Shown one piece after another: positions 53,382-64,000 of a DNA stretch of 64,000 nucleotides. The DNA lies in assembly GCA_963702425.1 (NCBI GenBank), contig CAVPCQ010000024.1, positions 1 through 64,000 of the forward strand, read 5' to 3'. The position numbers and the translations under genes were made by a program. How positions within the stretch are numbered: position 1 is the first letter of the stretch; each line of letters opens with the position of its first letter. The notes under the pieces are model-generated. The model made no database searches and was not told the DNA's origin. It was given only the letters and a program-made list of their open reading frames with translations. This DNA comes from an uncultured Acidobacteriota bacterium. GTDB taxonomy: Bacteria; Acidobacteriota; Polarisedimenticolia; J045.

Positions 53382-54435
53382 CGATCCGCTGCGCTTCGTG
53401 CGGCTCGAGTCGCACCGCGGCGCGCGTGATGGCGCGCAGGAAGGTCGCCGATCCGAGCGGCTCGCCGGCCTCGAGCAGCTCGTCGAGCTCGGCGTCGCGT
53501 CCCAGCGCCGCGGCCAGGCGCTCGCGCAGCCGGGCCTCCTGGACGGGATCGAGGGGGGCGCTGCCGTAGAGCAGCCCGAGCGCGTCGAGCAGCACCGCGC
53601 GGTCGTGCGCGATCAGATCCTGGCGGTTGTTCACCAGCTGCATCATCGCCGCCAGGCCGGAGATGTCCTGCCAGAGGCGGATCCCTTCGTCCGGGTCGGC
53701 CTCGACGCCGCATTCCAGCCAGCAGCCGAGTCGCTCGATGACGCGCCGCAGCTGGCAGCGGTCGGCGACGCGCAGCTCGACGAACAGGGCGGAGGCGACC
53801 AGCGACTCCAGCGCCTGTGCCGCCGTCGCCAGCCGTTCCCCGATCCGCTCGCGTTCGGGATCGCCGCCCACGGCGAGAGCCTGCTGCAGCCGGCGATACC
53901 CGGCCCGGATGCGCAGTGCCGACGCGACCTCGTACAGCGCGTCGAGCTGCGTCGGCACCCGTTCGCGCGCGCAGACCGCCGCCTCGAGCGACACCGCTGC
54001 CTTGATCAGCGCGCCGCGGGCGTGGTTGCAGGTGGTCAGGAACTCCCAGAGCTCGGCCTCGTCGTCGCGTCGCAGCATTTCGAGCCGCTGCGACAGGTCG
54101 AGCCGGATCATCCCGCAGGTGTCGAGCAGCTCGCCCTGCCGAGGATCGGCGGCGGTCCCCTCTCCTTCGCCGGCGTCGAACAGCCAGTCGTCGGGCGCGG
54201 GGGTGGCGTCCCTGGCGATCGCCTCCTCCAGCTGCGCCACGTCCTCCAGCGCGACGAGCAGGAGGCGCTCGATCATCGGGCGCACCAGGCGGCGCGCTTC
54301 CTGGGGGTGTTGCGATTCGTAGGGGAAGAGGTCGACGCGGCGCGCGACGCGGGCCAGGCCTCGAACCCGATCGAGGCTGTCCTGGACGCTGTCGGTCGAT
54401 GACGACGGCACTGCCGCGGGCAACAGGGCCCCCAA
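53368..54435 (-). CDS. Hypothetical alpha-helical protein
   Basis: Protein-like composition (Leu/Glu/Arg rich) filling the gap after jag; no recognised motif. Confidence 0.65.
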   Translation of the reverse strand: MGALLPAAVPSSSTDSVQDSLDRVRGLARVARRVDLFPYESQHPQEARRLVRPMIERLLLVALEDVAQLEEAIARDATPAPDDWLFDAGEGEGTAADPRQGELLDTCGMIRLDLSQRLEMLRRDDEAELWEFLTTCNHARGALIKAAVSLEAAVCARERVPTQLDALYEVASALRIRAGYRRLQQALAVGGDPERERIGERLATAAQALESLVASALFVELRVADRCQLRRVIERLGCWLECGVEADPDEGIRLWQDISGLAAMMQLVNNRQDLIAHDRAVLLDALGLLYGSAPLDPVQEARLRERLAAALGRDAELDELLEAGEPLGSATFLRAITRAAVRLEPHEAQRIVIGG

Positions 54436-54510
54436 GGTGCTTCCCCCCCGGGGAACTTAGTGACCCCGGGGAAGGCGGGGCAAGCCGAAGCGGCGGGCCG
54501 GGGGCCCGGC

Positions 54511-55479
54511 CTACTCTTCGCCGGCCGTCCCCTCCGCCCCGTGGTCATCGGCATCGGCCTCGTCGCTTCCGGCCGGAGCCACGTGGAGCCGCCGGTGGTA
54601 GCCGCTCCCGGTGGAGAAGGTCTTGATCCCCTCGGTCTGGGCCAGGGTCACGTGGATCAGGCGCCGCTCGTAGGGCCCCATCGCCGGCAGCTTTCGCGCC
54701 TGACCGCTGGCCAGGACCTCCCGCGCGATCTCGCGGGCACTCTCGACGAGCTTGGCCTCGCTCCGCGCGCGCCAGCCGCCGGCGTCGAACGAGACCCGCC
54801 CCTGCACCCGCCCGTCCTTCTGGAGCGCGCGGTTGGCGAGGTACTGGAGCGCTTCGAGCCCCTCGCCGTCCGACTCGAGCAAGAGGGGGACGTCCTCTCC
54901 GACCAGGCGCACCCGGAGCCCGACTTCGTCCTGGTCGATCCCCTCGACGGTCAGGTCGAGTCCGAGTCCGGCGACAAACCCGCGCGCCACGTGCTCGAGC
55001 AGCGGCGCGACCTCGGTCACTTCGGGCCCCGGGAAAAGGGGCGGAAGCTCGACCGGCTCGCCGTCGGGGGCCCGAGGGCCGGCCGGGCGGCGGTCCGGTT
55101 CCCACTCGCGATCGCCGCGGTCGCGCGGGCCGCGGTCGCCGCCGGCGCTCGGGCCCCGGTCGCCGCGGTCGCGCGGTCCCCGGTCGCCGCGGTCCCGGCC
55201 GCCGCGGTCGCCGCGGTCCCTCCCCCCGGGGCCGCCGCGCCCGCCCCGGTCGCGATCCCCGCGGCCGCCGCGCTCGATCGGCGGCGGCGGGGGCGGCGCG
55301 CCCGGGTTGGGCCAGGCGTCGATTTCAAACAGGCCCGCTTCCGCCCCCATCAGGCCCGGCTTCGGCTTCGCGATCACCTCGAACGCGACCTCGTGGCGGG
55401 GCAGGCCGAACCGGGCCCGCGCCGCGGCGAGGGCCTCGGTCAGGTCGCGGCCGGTGAATCGAACGCGCTCTTCGCTCAC
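54511..55479 (-). CDS. jag: Jag/KhpB (EloR) RNA-binding protein
   Basis: Jag_N domain, KH-like LEALQYL, R3H motif ERRLIH; follows yidC. Confidence 0.88.
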   Translation of the reverse strand: MSEERVRFTGRDLTEALAAARARFGLPRHEVAFEVIAKPKPGLMGAEAGLFEIDAWPNPGAPPPPPPIERGGRGDRDRGGRGGPGGRDRGDRGGRDRGDRGPRDRGDRGPSAGGDRGPRDRGDREWEPDRRPAGPRAPDGEPVELPPLFPGPEVTEVAPLLEHVARGFVAGLGLDLTVEGIDQDEVGLRVRLVGEDVPLLLESDGEGLEALQYLANRALQKDGRVQGRVSFDAGGWRARSEAKLVESAREIAREVLASGQARKLPAMGPYERRLIHVTLAQTEGIKTFSTGSGYHRRLHVAPAGSDEADADDHGAEGTAGEE

Positions 55480-55499
55480 GGTCTTCTCCCTCCCGCCGC

Positions 55500-57287
55500 T
55501 CAGCGCGCGCGCGCGCCCGCGGGGGCGGCGGCCGGCGGCGGCGCGTCGGCGTGGCGGTTGATGAAGTACTGCTGGACGATTCCCAGCACGTTGCTGACCA
55601 GCCAGTAGAGAACGAGGCCGGCCGGCATGTACATGAAGAACCAGGTAAAGACAACCGGCATGATCAGCATCATGCGCTGCTGGGCGCGCTGCTGCGGGTC
55701 CTCGGTCTTCGTCATCGTCATGATCTGCTGCAGGAGCTGCGTCGCGCCCATCACGACCGGCAGGACGAAGTAGGGGTCGCGCGCCGACAGGTCGTGGATC
55801 CAGCCGAACCAGGGCGCGCCGCGCAGCTCCACGCTGACGGTCAGCAGCGAGTACATCGCGAGCATGACGGGGAACTGCAGCAACAGCGGGAGGCAGCCCG
55901 TGAGCGAGGCCATCGGGTTGACCCCCTCGCGCTTATACAGCTCCATCATCTCTTCGTTCATCTTCTTCCGCGACTCCATGTCGCGGGAGTCCTTGTACTT
56001 CTCCTTGATCTTGTGGATCTTCGGTTGGACGCGCGCCATGTCCTGCTGCGTCTTCCGCATCTTCACCATCGAGCGGTGCATCAGCGGGAAGAAGGCGAGC
56101 CGGATCAGGACCGAGAGGGCGATGATCGTCCAGCCCCAGTTGCCGATCAGCCCGTGCAGCCACTCCATTCCGACGTAGAGCGGCCGCGCGAGCCAGCCCC
56201 AGAAGCCCCACTGGATCAGGCCGGTGAGCGAGACGCCGAGCGCCGCGTCGACCTTCTGGAGCACCGGGCTCGACTTCGGGCCGACGAAGAGGGTCAGCGC
56301 GGGGCTGGCGCTGCCGATCATCAGCTGCCGCTCCTGTCCCTTGGCGGCGTTGGGGATCGGGAACGGGCGCATCTCGAACGCGGACGGCTCGACCGGCACC
56401 ATCGCGACCGCGAAGTACTGCTCCTCGAGCGCCAACCAGTGCGGCCCGAGCCCGGCCTGCCAGGCCACCGCGGACTCCTGCTTGGCCGGATTGAACGACT
56501 TGATTCCGTCGGCGAGCGCCGCGACGACCAGCCCGCGGTAGGCGTACTGGTTGCTGTGCGCGACGTCCAGGGCGGCGCCGACGCCCGGCCCCCAGGTGAT
56601 CATCGCCTGGGGTACCGGCTTCCCGTCGCGAGTCAGGCTCCACTCGACGCGCACCAGGAAGAGGTCGTTGCCCGGAATCCAGAGCGACTTCGCAACCTCG
56701 AGTCCCGCCCCGTCGGCCCAGCGGAACGAGACCCGCTGGGTCTCGGGAGGAAGCCCGCGAGTGGACAGCTCCTCCGCGGTCGGTACGCCGCGCTCCACGA
56801 CGTACCACGGGTCGTTGATCTGCTTGAAGAGCAGCGGGTCGTGGGGGTCGATCGTCAACGGGTTGTGGTCGAGGGCCCGCGACTCGCTCGAGACGAGGTC
56901 GACGAACCCCTTGGAGGCGTCACCCGGCACCTTCTCGTAGCCGGGCAGTTTCCAGGAGACGACCTTCGCCCCGCGCGCGGTGAGCGCGATCTCGTGCTGC
57001 GCGGTCCGGATCTCGATCAGCGGCTGGTTCTCGGCCCCGACGACCGCCGCGCCGAAGCTGCCGGGCTGCGCGGGAGAGAGCGAGGCCTCCCTGCCGGGCG
57101 GCGTGGCCGCCGGCGCGGCAGCCGCCGCGGAACCGTCCGCGGCGGGCGCGGCCGGCGTTGCGCTGGCGGCTGACGGGGCGGTGACCGGGACCGGTTTCGG
57201 GCTGGGGAAGAAGTACTGCCACCCGAAGAGGATCAGGATCGAGATCGCCACCGCGGCGATGGTGCGAATCGTCGTGTCACGGTCCAT
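55500..57287 (-). CDS. yidC: Membrane protein insertase YidC
   Basis: [45 protein letters not shown]. Confidence 0.96.
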   Translation of the reverse strand: MDRDTTIRTIAAVAISILILFGWQYFFPSPKPVPVTAPSAASATPAAPAADGSAAAAAPAATPPGREASLSPAQPGSFGAAVVGAENQPLIEIRTAQHEIALTARGAKVVSWKLPGYEKVPGDASKGFVDLVSSESRALDHNPLTIDPHDPLLFKQINDPWYVVERGVPTAEELSTRGLPPETQRVSFRWADGAGLEVAKSLWIPGNDLFLVRVEWSLTRDGKPVPQAMITWGPGVGAALDVAHSNQYAYRGLVVAALADGIKSFNPAKQESAVAWQAGLGPHWLALEEQYFAVAMVPVEPSAFEMRPFPIPNAAKGQERQLMIGSASPALTLFVGPKSSPVLQKVDAALGVSLTGLIQWGFWGWLARPLYVGMEWLHGLIGNWGWTIIALSVLIRLAFFPLMHRSMVKMRKTQQDMARVQPKIHKIKEKYKDSRDMESRKKMNEEMMELYKREGVNPMASLTGCLPLLLQFPVMLAMYSLLTVSVELRGAPWFGWIHDLSARDPYFVLPVVMGATQLLQQIMTMTKTEDPQQRAQQRMMLIMPVVFTWFFMYMPAGLVLYWLVSNVLGIVQQYFINRHADAPPPAAAPAGARAR

Positions 57288-57555
57288 CGGTCAATCCAGC
57301 CGAGCGGGAGTCGGCGAGGGCAGCTGCGGAAGGGGCGTGTCGCCGGGGCGGCAGGTCGAGGCCCGCCTCGGCGAAGGGGTGGCAGCGCGCGAGGCGGCAC
57401 GCGGCGAGCCAGGCGCCGCGCAACGCACCCCACTCCGTCAGCGCCATGACCGCGTATTCCGAGCACGAGGGAAGAAAGCGGCAGTGCGCCCCGAGCAGGG
57501 GCGAGAGCGTGCGCTGGTACAGCCGCACGAGGGCGATCAGCAGGCGGGCGGGCAC
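57277..57555 (-). CDS. yidD: Membrane protein insertion efficiency factor YidD
   Basis: [25 protein letters not shown]. Confidence 0.93.
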   Translation of the reverse strand: MPARLLIALVRLYQRTLSPLLGAHCRFLPSCSEYAVMALTEWGALRGAWLAACRLARCHPFAEAGLDLPPRRHAPSAAALADSRSAGLTDGP

Positions 57556-57938
57556 GGAGGGCCTTCCTGGCCGGGCCGGGGCTCGAGCCGCCGGCGGACG
57601 CGGCCCACCAGCGCGACGAATTCGCCTTCGATCACGGGGAACTTCGACCCGACGGCCGCCTGCCGGATGTTGACCACCATGTCCCACCGGCCCACCAGCT
57701 CGCGGTGGCGCCGGAACGCCTCGCGCACCAGGCGGCGCAGGCGGTTCCGAACGACCGAGCCGCCGACCTTCCGGGTCGCGGTCAGGCCCAGGCGCGGACC
57801 GTTCTCCTCGCGGGGCAGCGCAAACAGGACGAGCCGCGACCCGGCCACGCGCGCGCCGGACTCGTACACCTTCTGGAACTCGGACCGCTTGCGGAGCCGA
57901 CAGGTGCGGGGGAAGCCGTCCCGGCCTCCGCGGCTCAG
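57537..57938 (-). CDS. rnpA: Ribonuclease P protein component (start CTG 57938 or upstream TTG 58076)
   Basis: [32 protein letters not shown] (RNR motif). Confidence 0.9.
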   Translation of the reverse strand: MSRGGRDGFPRTCRLRKRSEFQKVYESGARVAGSRLVLFALPREENGPRLGLTATRKVGGSVVRNRLRRLVREAFRRHRELVGRWDMVVNIRQAAVGSKFPVIEGEFVALVGRVRRRLEPRPGQEGPPCPPAC

Positions 57939-58069
57939 ACGGTCAGACGCTTGCGGCCCTTGCGGCGCCGCCGCTTCAGCACGAGGCGGCCGCCGGAGGT
58001 CTTCATCCGCTGGCGGAAACCGTGGACCTTCTTCCGCTTCCGGTTGTTGGGCTGGAACGTTCGCTTCAT
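57935..58069 (-). CDS. rpmH: 50S ribosomal protein L34
   Basis: Hand translation [44 protein letters not shown] (44 aa; below ORF-track cutoff). Confidence 0.97.
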   Translation of the reverse strand: MKRTFQPNNRKRKKVHGFRQRMKTSGGRLVLKRRRRKGRKRLTV

Positions 58070-58359
58070 CGCGCAAGCCTCTCACCTCGACCGCCGCACG
58101 GAGTATCACCGCCGGACGGTGATCGCAGGGACCCTCCGCCCTCGGCGCGCCGGGCGCCGTCCGCAGGGGGCCGCAGAACAAGCGAGGTAGGTTATGGGGA
58201 GCCCCCGAGGCTGTCAACCGTCGCCGGTTCCCGCGCGGCCGGCTGGGGATCCGCCCGGAAGTCGTTGACCCGAGTGGGCTACCCGGGAACCGATCGGACA
58301 CCCTTGCCGCGGCGAGCGATCCGGTGCTACCTTCCGCGCCTCGTTCCAGGGGTCTTCGT

Positions 58360-58593
58360 CGACAATGTGAAGTCCGTCCCTCCCGGCCACCCGCCGCGGG
58401 ACGGGTTGGCCAAGGGTGTGGGGGAGCTGTGGACCGCGACCGGCATTCGCGCCTGGTCCGTCTTTCTAGGTCCAAGAAAAAAAAGGACTTACAGATCTCT
58501 TCGGCTCGTCGCTGCCTGTGGAAATCCTGTGCTTCGTCCGCGCTCCCCGGCACCCTAGAAGCCTGTTCTGGAGAGGGTTACCCCTGTGGATAA
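58360..58593. promoter_or_regulatory. dnaA upstream region with DnaA boxes (oriC1-like)
   Basis: Perfect TGTGGATAA at 58585-58593; degenerate TGTGGAAAT 58517 and TGTGGACCG 58428. Confidence 0.7.
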
Positions 58594-59959
58594 CCGGCCC
58601 GCCGACCCTGTGCAGCCCTCGGCGTGGGACGCCGTCCGCGCCCTCGTCCGAGAGCAGATCGCGGAGGGGGTCTTCGAGACCTGGTTCGGCCCGACGCGCG
58701 CCCTTCCCACCCTGGGAACGACGCTGCGGGTCGGGGTCCCGAACGAGATGTTCGCGGAATGGCTGCGCTCGCAGTACCTGGCCCTGATCCGCAGCACGAT
58801 GAACCGGGCCGGGCTCGGCCACCTCCAGCTCGAGTTCGTCCCCCCCGTCGCCTCCGTGCCGGGCGCGGCCGCGGGACGGACGGACGGCGCCGGGCTGGCG
58901 CCCCCCGTCGCTTCAGCCGCCGCGCGACCGGGGGGAGCGGAGGCGCCGCGCCTGAACCCTCGCTACTCGTTCGACGGCTTCGTCGTTTCGTCATGCAACC
59001 AGTTTGCTCACGCCGCGTCGCTGGCGGTCTGCGACCAGCCAGGCCGGGCCTACAACCCGCTCTTCCTCTATGGCGGGGTCGGACTCGGCAAGACCCACCT
59101 GATGCAGGCGCTCGGCAACCGGCTGCTGGTCGAGCGGCCCGAGGTGAAGCTGCGCTACCTGACCTCCGAGCAGTTCATGAACGAACTGATCGCGGCGATC
59201 CGCTTCGAGGAGACCTCCCGCTTCCGCGACCGCTACCGCCAGCTCGACGTCCTGCTGGTCGATGACATCCAGTTCCTGGCCGGCAAGGAGAGCACGCAGG
59301 AGGAGTTCTTCCACACTTTCAACGCGCTCCACGACGCCGGCCGCCAGATCGTCCTGGCCTCCGACTGCCCGCCGCGCTCGATTCCGGGTCTCGAAGAGCG
59401 GCTGCGGAGCCGCTTCGAGTGGGGCCTGCTGGCCGACATCCAGCCGCCCGACCTGGAGACCAAGGTCGCGATCGTCAACAAGATGGCTGCCGCGCGCGGT
59501 TGGAACGTCCCGTCCGACGTCGCGCTGTTCATCGCCAGCAGCATCCACTCCAACGTGCGCGAGCTCGAAGGGGCCCTGACGACCCTGATGGCCTCCTCCT
59601 CGATCCGCCGACAGCCGCCCGACCTTTCCCTGGCCCGCGAGGTGATCCGCACCCTGATCCCGACACAGCGCGAGGAAGTCACGCTGGAGACGGTGATGCG
59701 GGTGGTCGCTCGCCACTTCAACCTGAAGGTGCCGGAACTGAAGTCGCGCACCAACGCGGCCAAGATCTCCTACCCTCGCCAGATCGCGATGTACCTCGGT
59801 AAGAAGCTTGCCGGGGAGAGCCTGCCGTCGATCGGCCTCGCGTTCGGTGGCAAGCACCACACGACCGTGCTCCACGCGGTGCGCAAGATCGAACTGCTGC
59901 GATCGACCGACCCGGGGACCGAGAGGACGCTTCACGCGATCGAGGAGCAGCTGCGATGA
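58586..59959 (+). CDS. dnaA: Chromosomal replication initiator DnaA
   Basis: YNPLFLYGGVGLGKTHL, DDIQF, RLRSRFEWGL, GGKHHTTVLHA. Confidence 0.98.
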   Translation: MDNRPADPVQPSAWDAVRALVREQIAEGVFETWFGPTRALPTLGTTLRVGVPNEMFAEWLRSQYLALIRSTMNRAGLGHLQLEFVPPVASVPGAAAGRTDGAGLAPPVASAAARPGGAEAPRLNPRYSFDGFVVSSCNQFAHAASLAVCDQPGRAYNPLFLYGGVGLGKTHLMQALGNRLLVERPEVKLRYLTSEQFMNELIAAIRFEETSRFRDRYRQLDVLLVDDIQFLAGKESTQEEFFHTFNALHDAGRQIVLASDCPPRSIPGLEERLRSRFEWGLLADIQPPDLETKVAIVNKMAAARGWNVPSDVALFIASSIHSNVRELEGALTTLMASSSIRRQPPDLSLAREVIRTLIPTQREEVTLETVMRVVARHFNLKVPELKSRTNAAKISYPRQIAMYLGKKLAGESLPSIGLAFGGKHHTTVLHAVRKIELLRSTDPGTERTLHAIEEQLR

Positions 59960-60200
59960 GCCGCGGTTCCACACCGTCCACAGCCCTGTGCAACGGCGTC
60001 CTGTGGATGGGACGCGGCCCGGGGCGACGGAGCGCTCATCCCTCCTCCCATCCACGTTCCGGTCCTGAAGGCTCCACTCTCCCGGCCCCGGTCAACCCTG
60101 CGGTTCCCGCCCAGAAGAGGGTTTTCCCACGCTTTTCACACCCCTACTGCTACGGCTATGAAGATTCAGTCCATTATTTCGATGTTCTTTCTTGCCTCCC
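59960..60200. other. oriC unwinding region between dnaA and dnaN
   Basis: Degenerate DnaA boxes at 59965-60010 and a tandem pair at 60123-60140, then CCCC, trios TAC TGC TAC GGC TAT, then an AT-richer tract. Confidence 0.8.
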
Positions 60201-60221
60201 CGCGGCGCCGAGGACCCAGCA

Positions 60222-61338
60222 ATGAAGTTCTCTCTCGACCAGGCCTCCTTCATGCGCGAGATCGCCCTCCTGCAGGGCGTGATCGAGAAGAAGTCGACGT
60301 TCCCGATCCTCCATCACGTGCTGCTGACGGCGACGGAGGAAGGACGGGTGACGATGGTCGCGACCGATCTCGAGGTCGGCTTCCGGTCCGAGGTGGCGGC
60401 GACGGTGACAACCCCCGGGAGAGCCGCGGTTCCCGCGCGCCGGCTGTACGAGGTTCTGCGCCGCCTGCCGTCGGGAACACTGCTCCTGCGGCTCGACGGG
60501 AACGCGTTTCACATCGAGTGCGAGCGGATCAAGTACAAGCTGACGACCCAGGACCCGGACCAGTTTCCGGCGGTGAGGACGCGCGAAGGGAGCCCCCAGG
60601 CGGTGGTCGCTTCGGACCTGCTGGCGGAGATGATCAAGATGATTCTCTTCGCGATCACGACCGACGACCCGCGCTACACGCTTGGTGGAGCGCAGTGGGA
60701 GTTCTCCGAGGACCAGCTGACGATGGTCGCGACCGACGGGCATCGGCTGTCGATTTCCAGCGCGTCCCGCACAGCAGGTAGGAAAGGACTTCCCGGTCGT
60801 CCTGGTGCCGAGGACTGCGCTGCGCGAGTTGCAGCGGCTGGCGGCGGATCACGAGGGAGACGTTTACCTCTGGGCCAACGCGGGTAGCCTGATCGCGCTC
60901 GTCGGACACCGTGAGATCACGACGACGCTGCAGGAGAACCACCGCTTCCCCGACTACCGGCGCGTGATCCCGCAGAACAACGACAAGATCTTCGAGATCG
61001 GCACCCAGGTGATGCGCGACGCGATCGACCGAGCATCGGTGCTGCGCGACGAGGAGACGAAGCTCGTCCGAATCGAGCTGAAGAAGGAACTCCTCAGGGT
61101 GCTCGCCGTGAACGACAAGTTCGGGTCGGCGCAGGAAGACGTGAGCCTGAACTACACCGGCGGCGAGATCGAGATCGGCTTCAACGCTCAGTACCTGCTC
61201 GACTTCCTGAACAACGTCGGGACCGAGCAGGTCCGCGTTCTCCTGGGCGAGTCGATGGGGCAGGGGCTGTTCGAGCCGGTCCGACCGGCCGAGGACCGGC
61301 GGCACGATCGCTACGTCGTGATGCCGATGGCACTGTAG
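60222..61338 (+). CDS. dnaN: DNA polymerase III beta clamp; one frameshift near 60790
   Basis: ATDLE, VATDGHRL, FPDYRRVIP, IGFNAQYLLD, YVVMPM. Confidence 0.95.
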
Positions 61339-61344
61339 TTCCCC

Positions 61345-62438
61345 GTGCTGGTCTTCCTCGAGGCGGAAGGGGTCCGGAACCTCCGGCCCGCGAGGACTCC
61401 CCTCGATCCCGGCATGACGCTCGTCACCGGGCGGAACGCCCAGGGGAAGACCTCTTTCCTCGAGGCGGCATACATCCTCGCCACGACCCGTTCTTTCCGG
61501 GTCCGGGACACCCGCGAGGCGATCGCCAATGGGGCCGTTCTGGCCCGGGTCAAAGGGGGTCTCGGGGAGGCGCCGGAGGGGCCGCTCGAGCTCGGCTGCG
61601 GCTGGGGCCGGGAGCGTGGCGAGCGCCTTCTCACCGTGGGACAATTCGAGCGCAAGATACAGGATTATCTCGGGTTGCTTCCTGCGCTGGTGTTGACCGG
61701 TGAGAGCCTCCGAACGATCGCCGGCAGCCCTGCGGAGCGGCGGCGATTCGTCGATCGGGCGGTCGCCGCAGCGGATCCGGGATACGTCACCGCGCTGGGC
61801 GAGTACCGGCGCGCGCTGGCCCAGCGGAACCGGCTGCTCCGGGAGGGGCGCCCGGACCGGGAGATCGGCCCGTGGGACGAGGTGCTGGGGCGGACGGGAA
61901 CGGTCGTCGCCGACCGCCGGAAGCGGCAGGTCGAGGCGTGGCAGGAGGATCTCGGGGGCTGGCCGGAGTTGTTTCCCGAGGGGGCGACGGCGCGGCTCAC
62001 CTACCTCGAATCGGGCGCGGGAAAAGGCCGCGAGGGTGAGAGAATCCTCGATCGGCTGGCGCGCGTCCGGGAACGGGAACGGCGCTACGGAATGACGCTC
62101 GTCGGACCCCACCGCGACGATCTCGAGGTGGCAGCGGGAGGGCAGGACCTCCTTCGCCAGGGCTCGTCCGGGCAGGTGCGGGCGGCGCTCTCGGCGCTGC
62201 TCCTGGCGCAGGCCCGGCAGGTCCGGCGCCAGGCCGGCGGGAAGCAGCCGCTGCTGGTGCTCGACGACGTCGACACCGACCTCGACGCCGCGCGCTGCGA
62301 GGCGCTGCTCGCGGCCGCTCGGAGGGAAGGACAGGTGCTCGCCGCGACGAGCAAGCCCGACCTGTTGAACGCGACCGGCGCGCTGGTGTTGCTGATGGAG
62401 CAGGGCGAGGCGCGGGTCCGGGAGGCACGAGAGGCACG

Positions 62439-62442
<4 letters not shown>
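61345..62442 (+). CDS. recF: DNA replication/repair protein RecF
   Basis: [33 protein letters not shown]. Confidence 0.93.

Positions 62443-64000
<1,558 letters not shown>

Noticed and set aside
42339-54435. Genomic island between mnmE and jag
   Set aside because: No integrase, att repeats, tRNA or visible compositional shift; more likely old rearrangement or gradual gene accretion

Overview
High-GC (roughly 70% by eye) bacterial chromosome segment containing the replication origin. Left of oriC are rpmH-rnpA-yidD-yidC-jag, mnmE, an inverted mnmG-rsmG pair with two perfect parS sites, parA-parB-bactofilin and an F1-only ATP synthase operon (atpHAGDC). Right of oriC are dnaA-dnaN-recF-gyrB. 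Accessory blocks lie between these: a sigma54-controlled arylsulfatase facing an octaheme cytochrome c/TPR protein, secreted hydrolases (GH10, alkaline phosphatase, S8 and S9 peptidases), an ECF sigma/anti-sigma/DUF4252-like triad and a DUF362/polyferredoxin redox module. Gene order and content suggest an Acidobacteriota-like or Myxococcota-like organism (inference). Many small frameshifts, including in dnaN and gyrB, most likely reflect uncorrected long-read errors. No rRNA, tRNA, CRISPR array, transposase or integrase was recognised. Most interesting signals: (1) a shared ~110-aa C-terminal domain (FF/FYL...G-x-x-G-x-x-SDG-x-x-R...C) on two unrelated secreted enzymes, a candidate sorting/anchoring domain; (2) a recurrent 25-bp AT-rich dyad (TAAGT-N15-ACTTA-like) at the atpH, parA/mnmG and dnaA upstream regions and inside mnmE; (3) a Thermus-like possible rpmH-inside-rnpA overlap; (4) a GTAG-type REP family whose heads supply stop codons; (5) a ~46-aa insertion in ATP synthase alpha.
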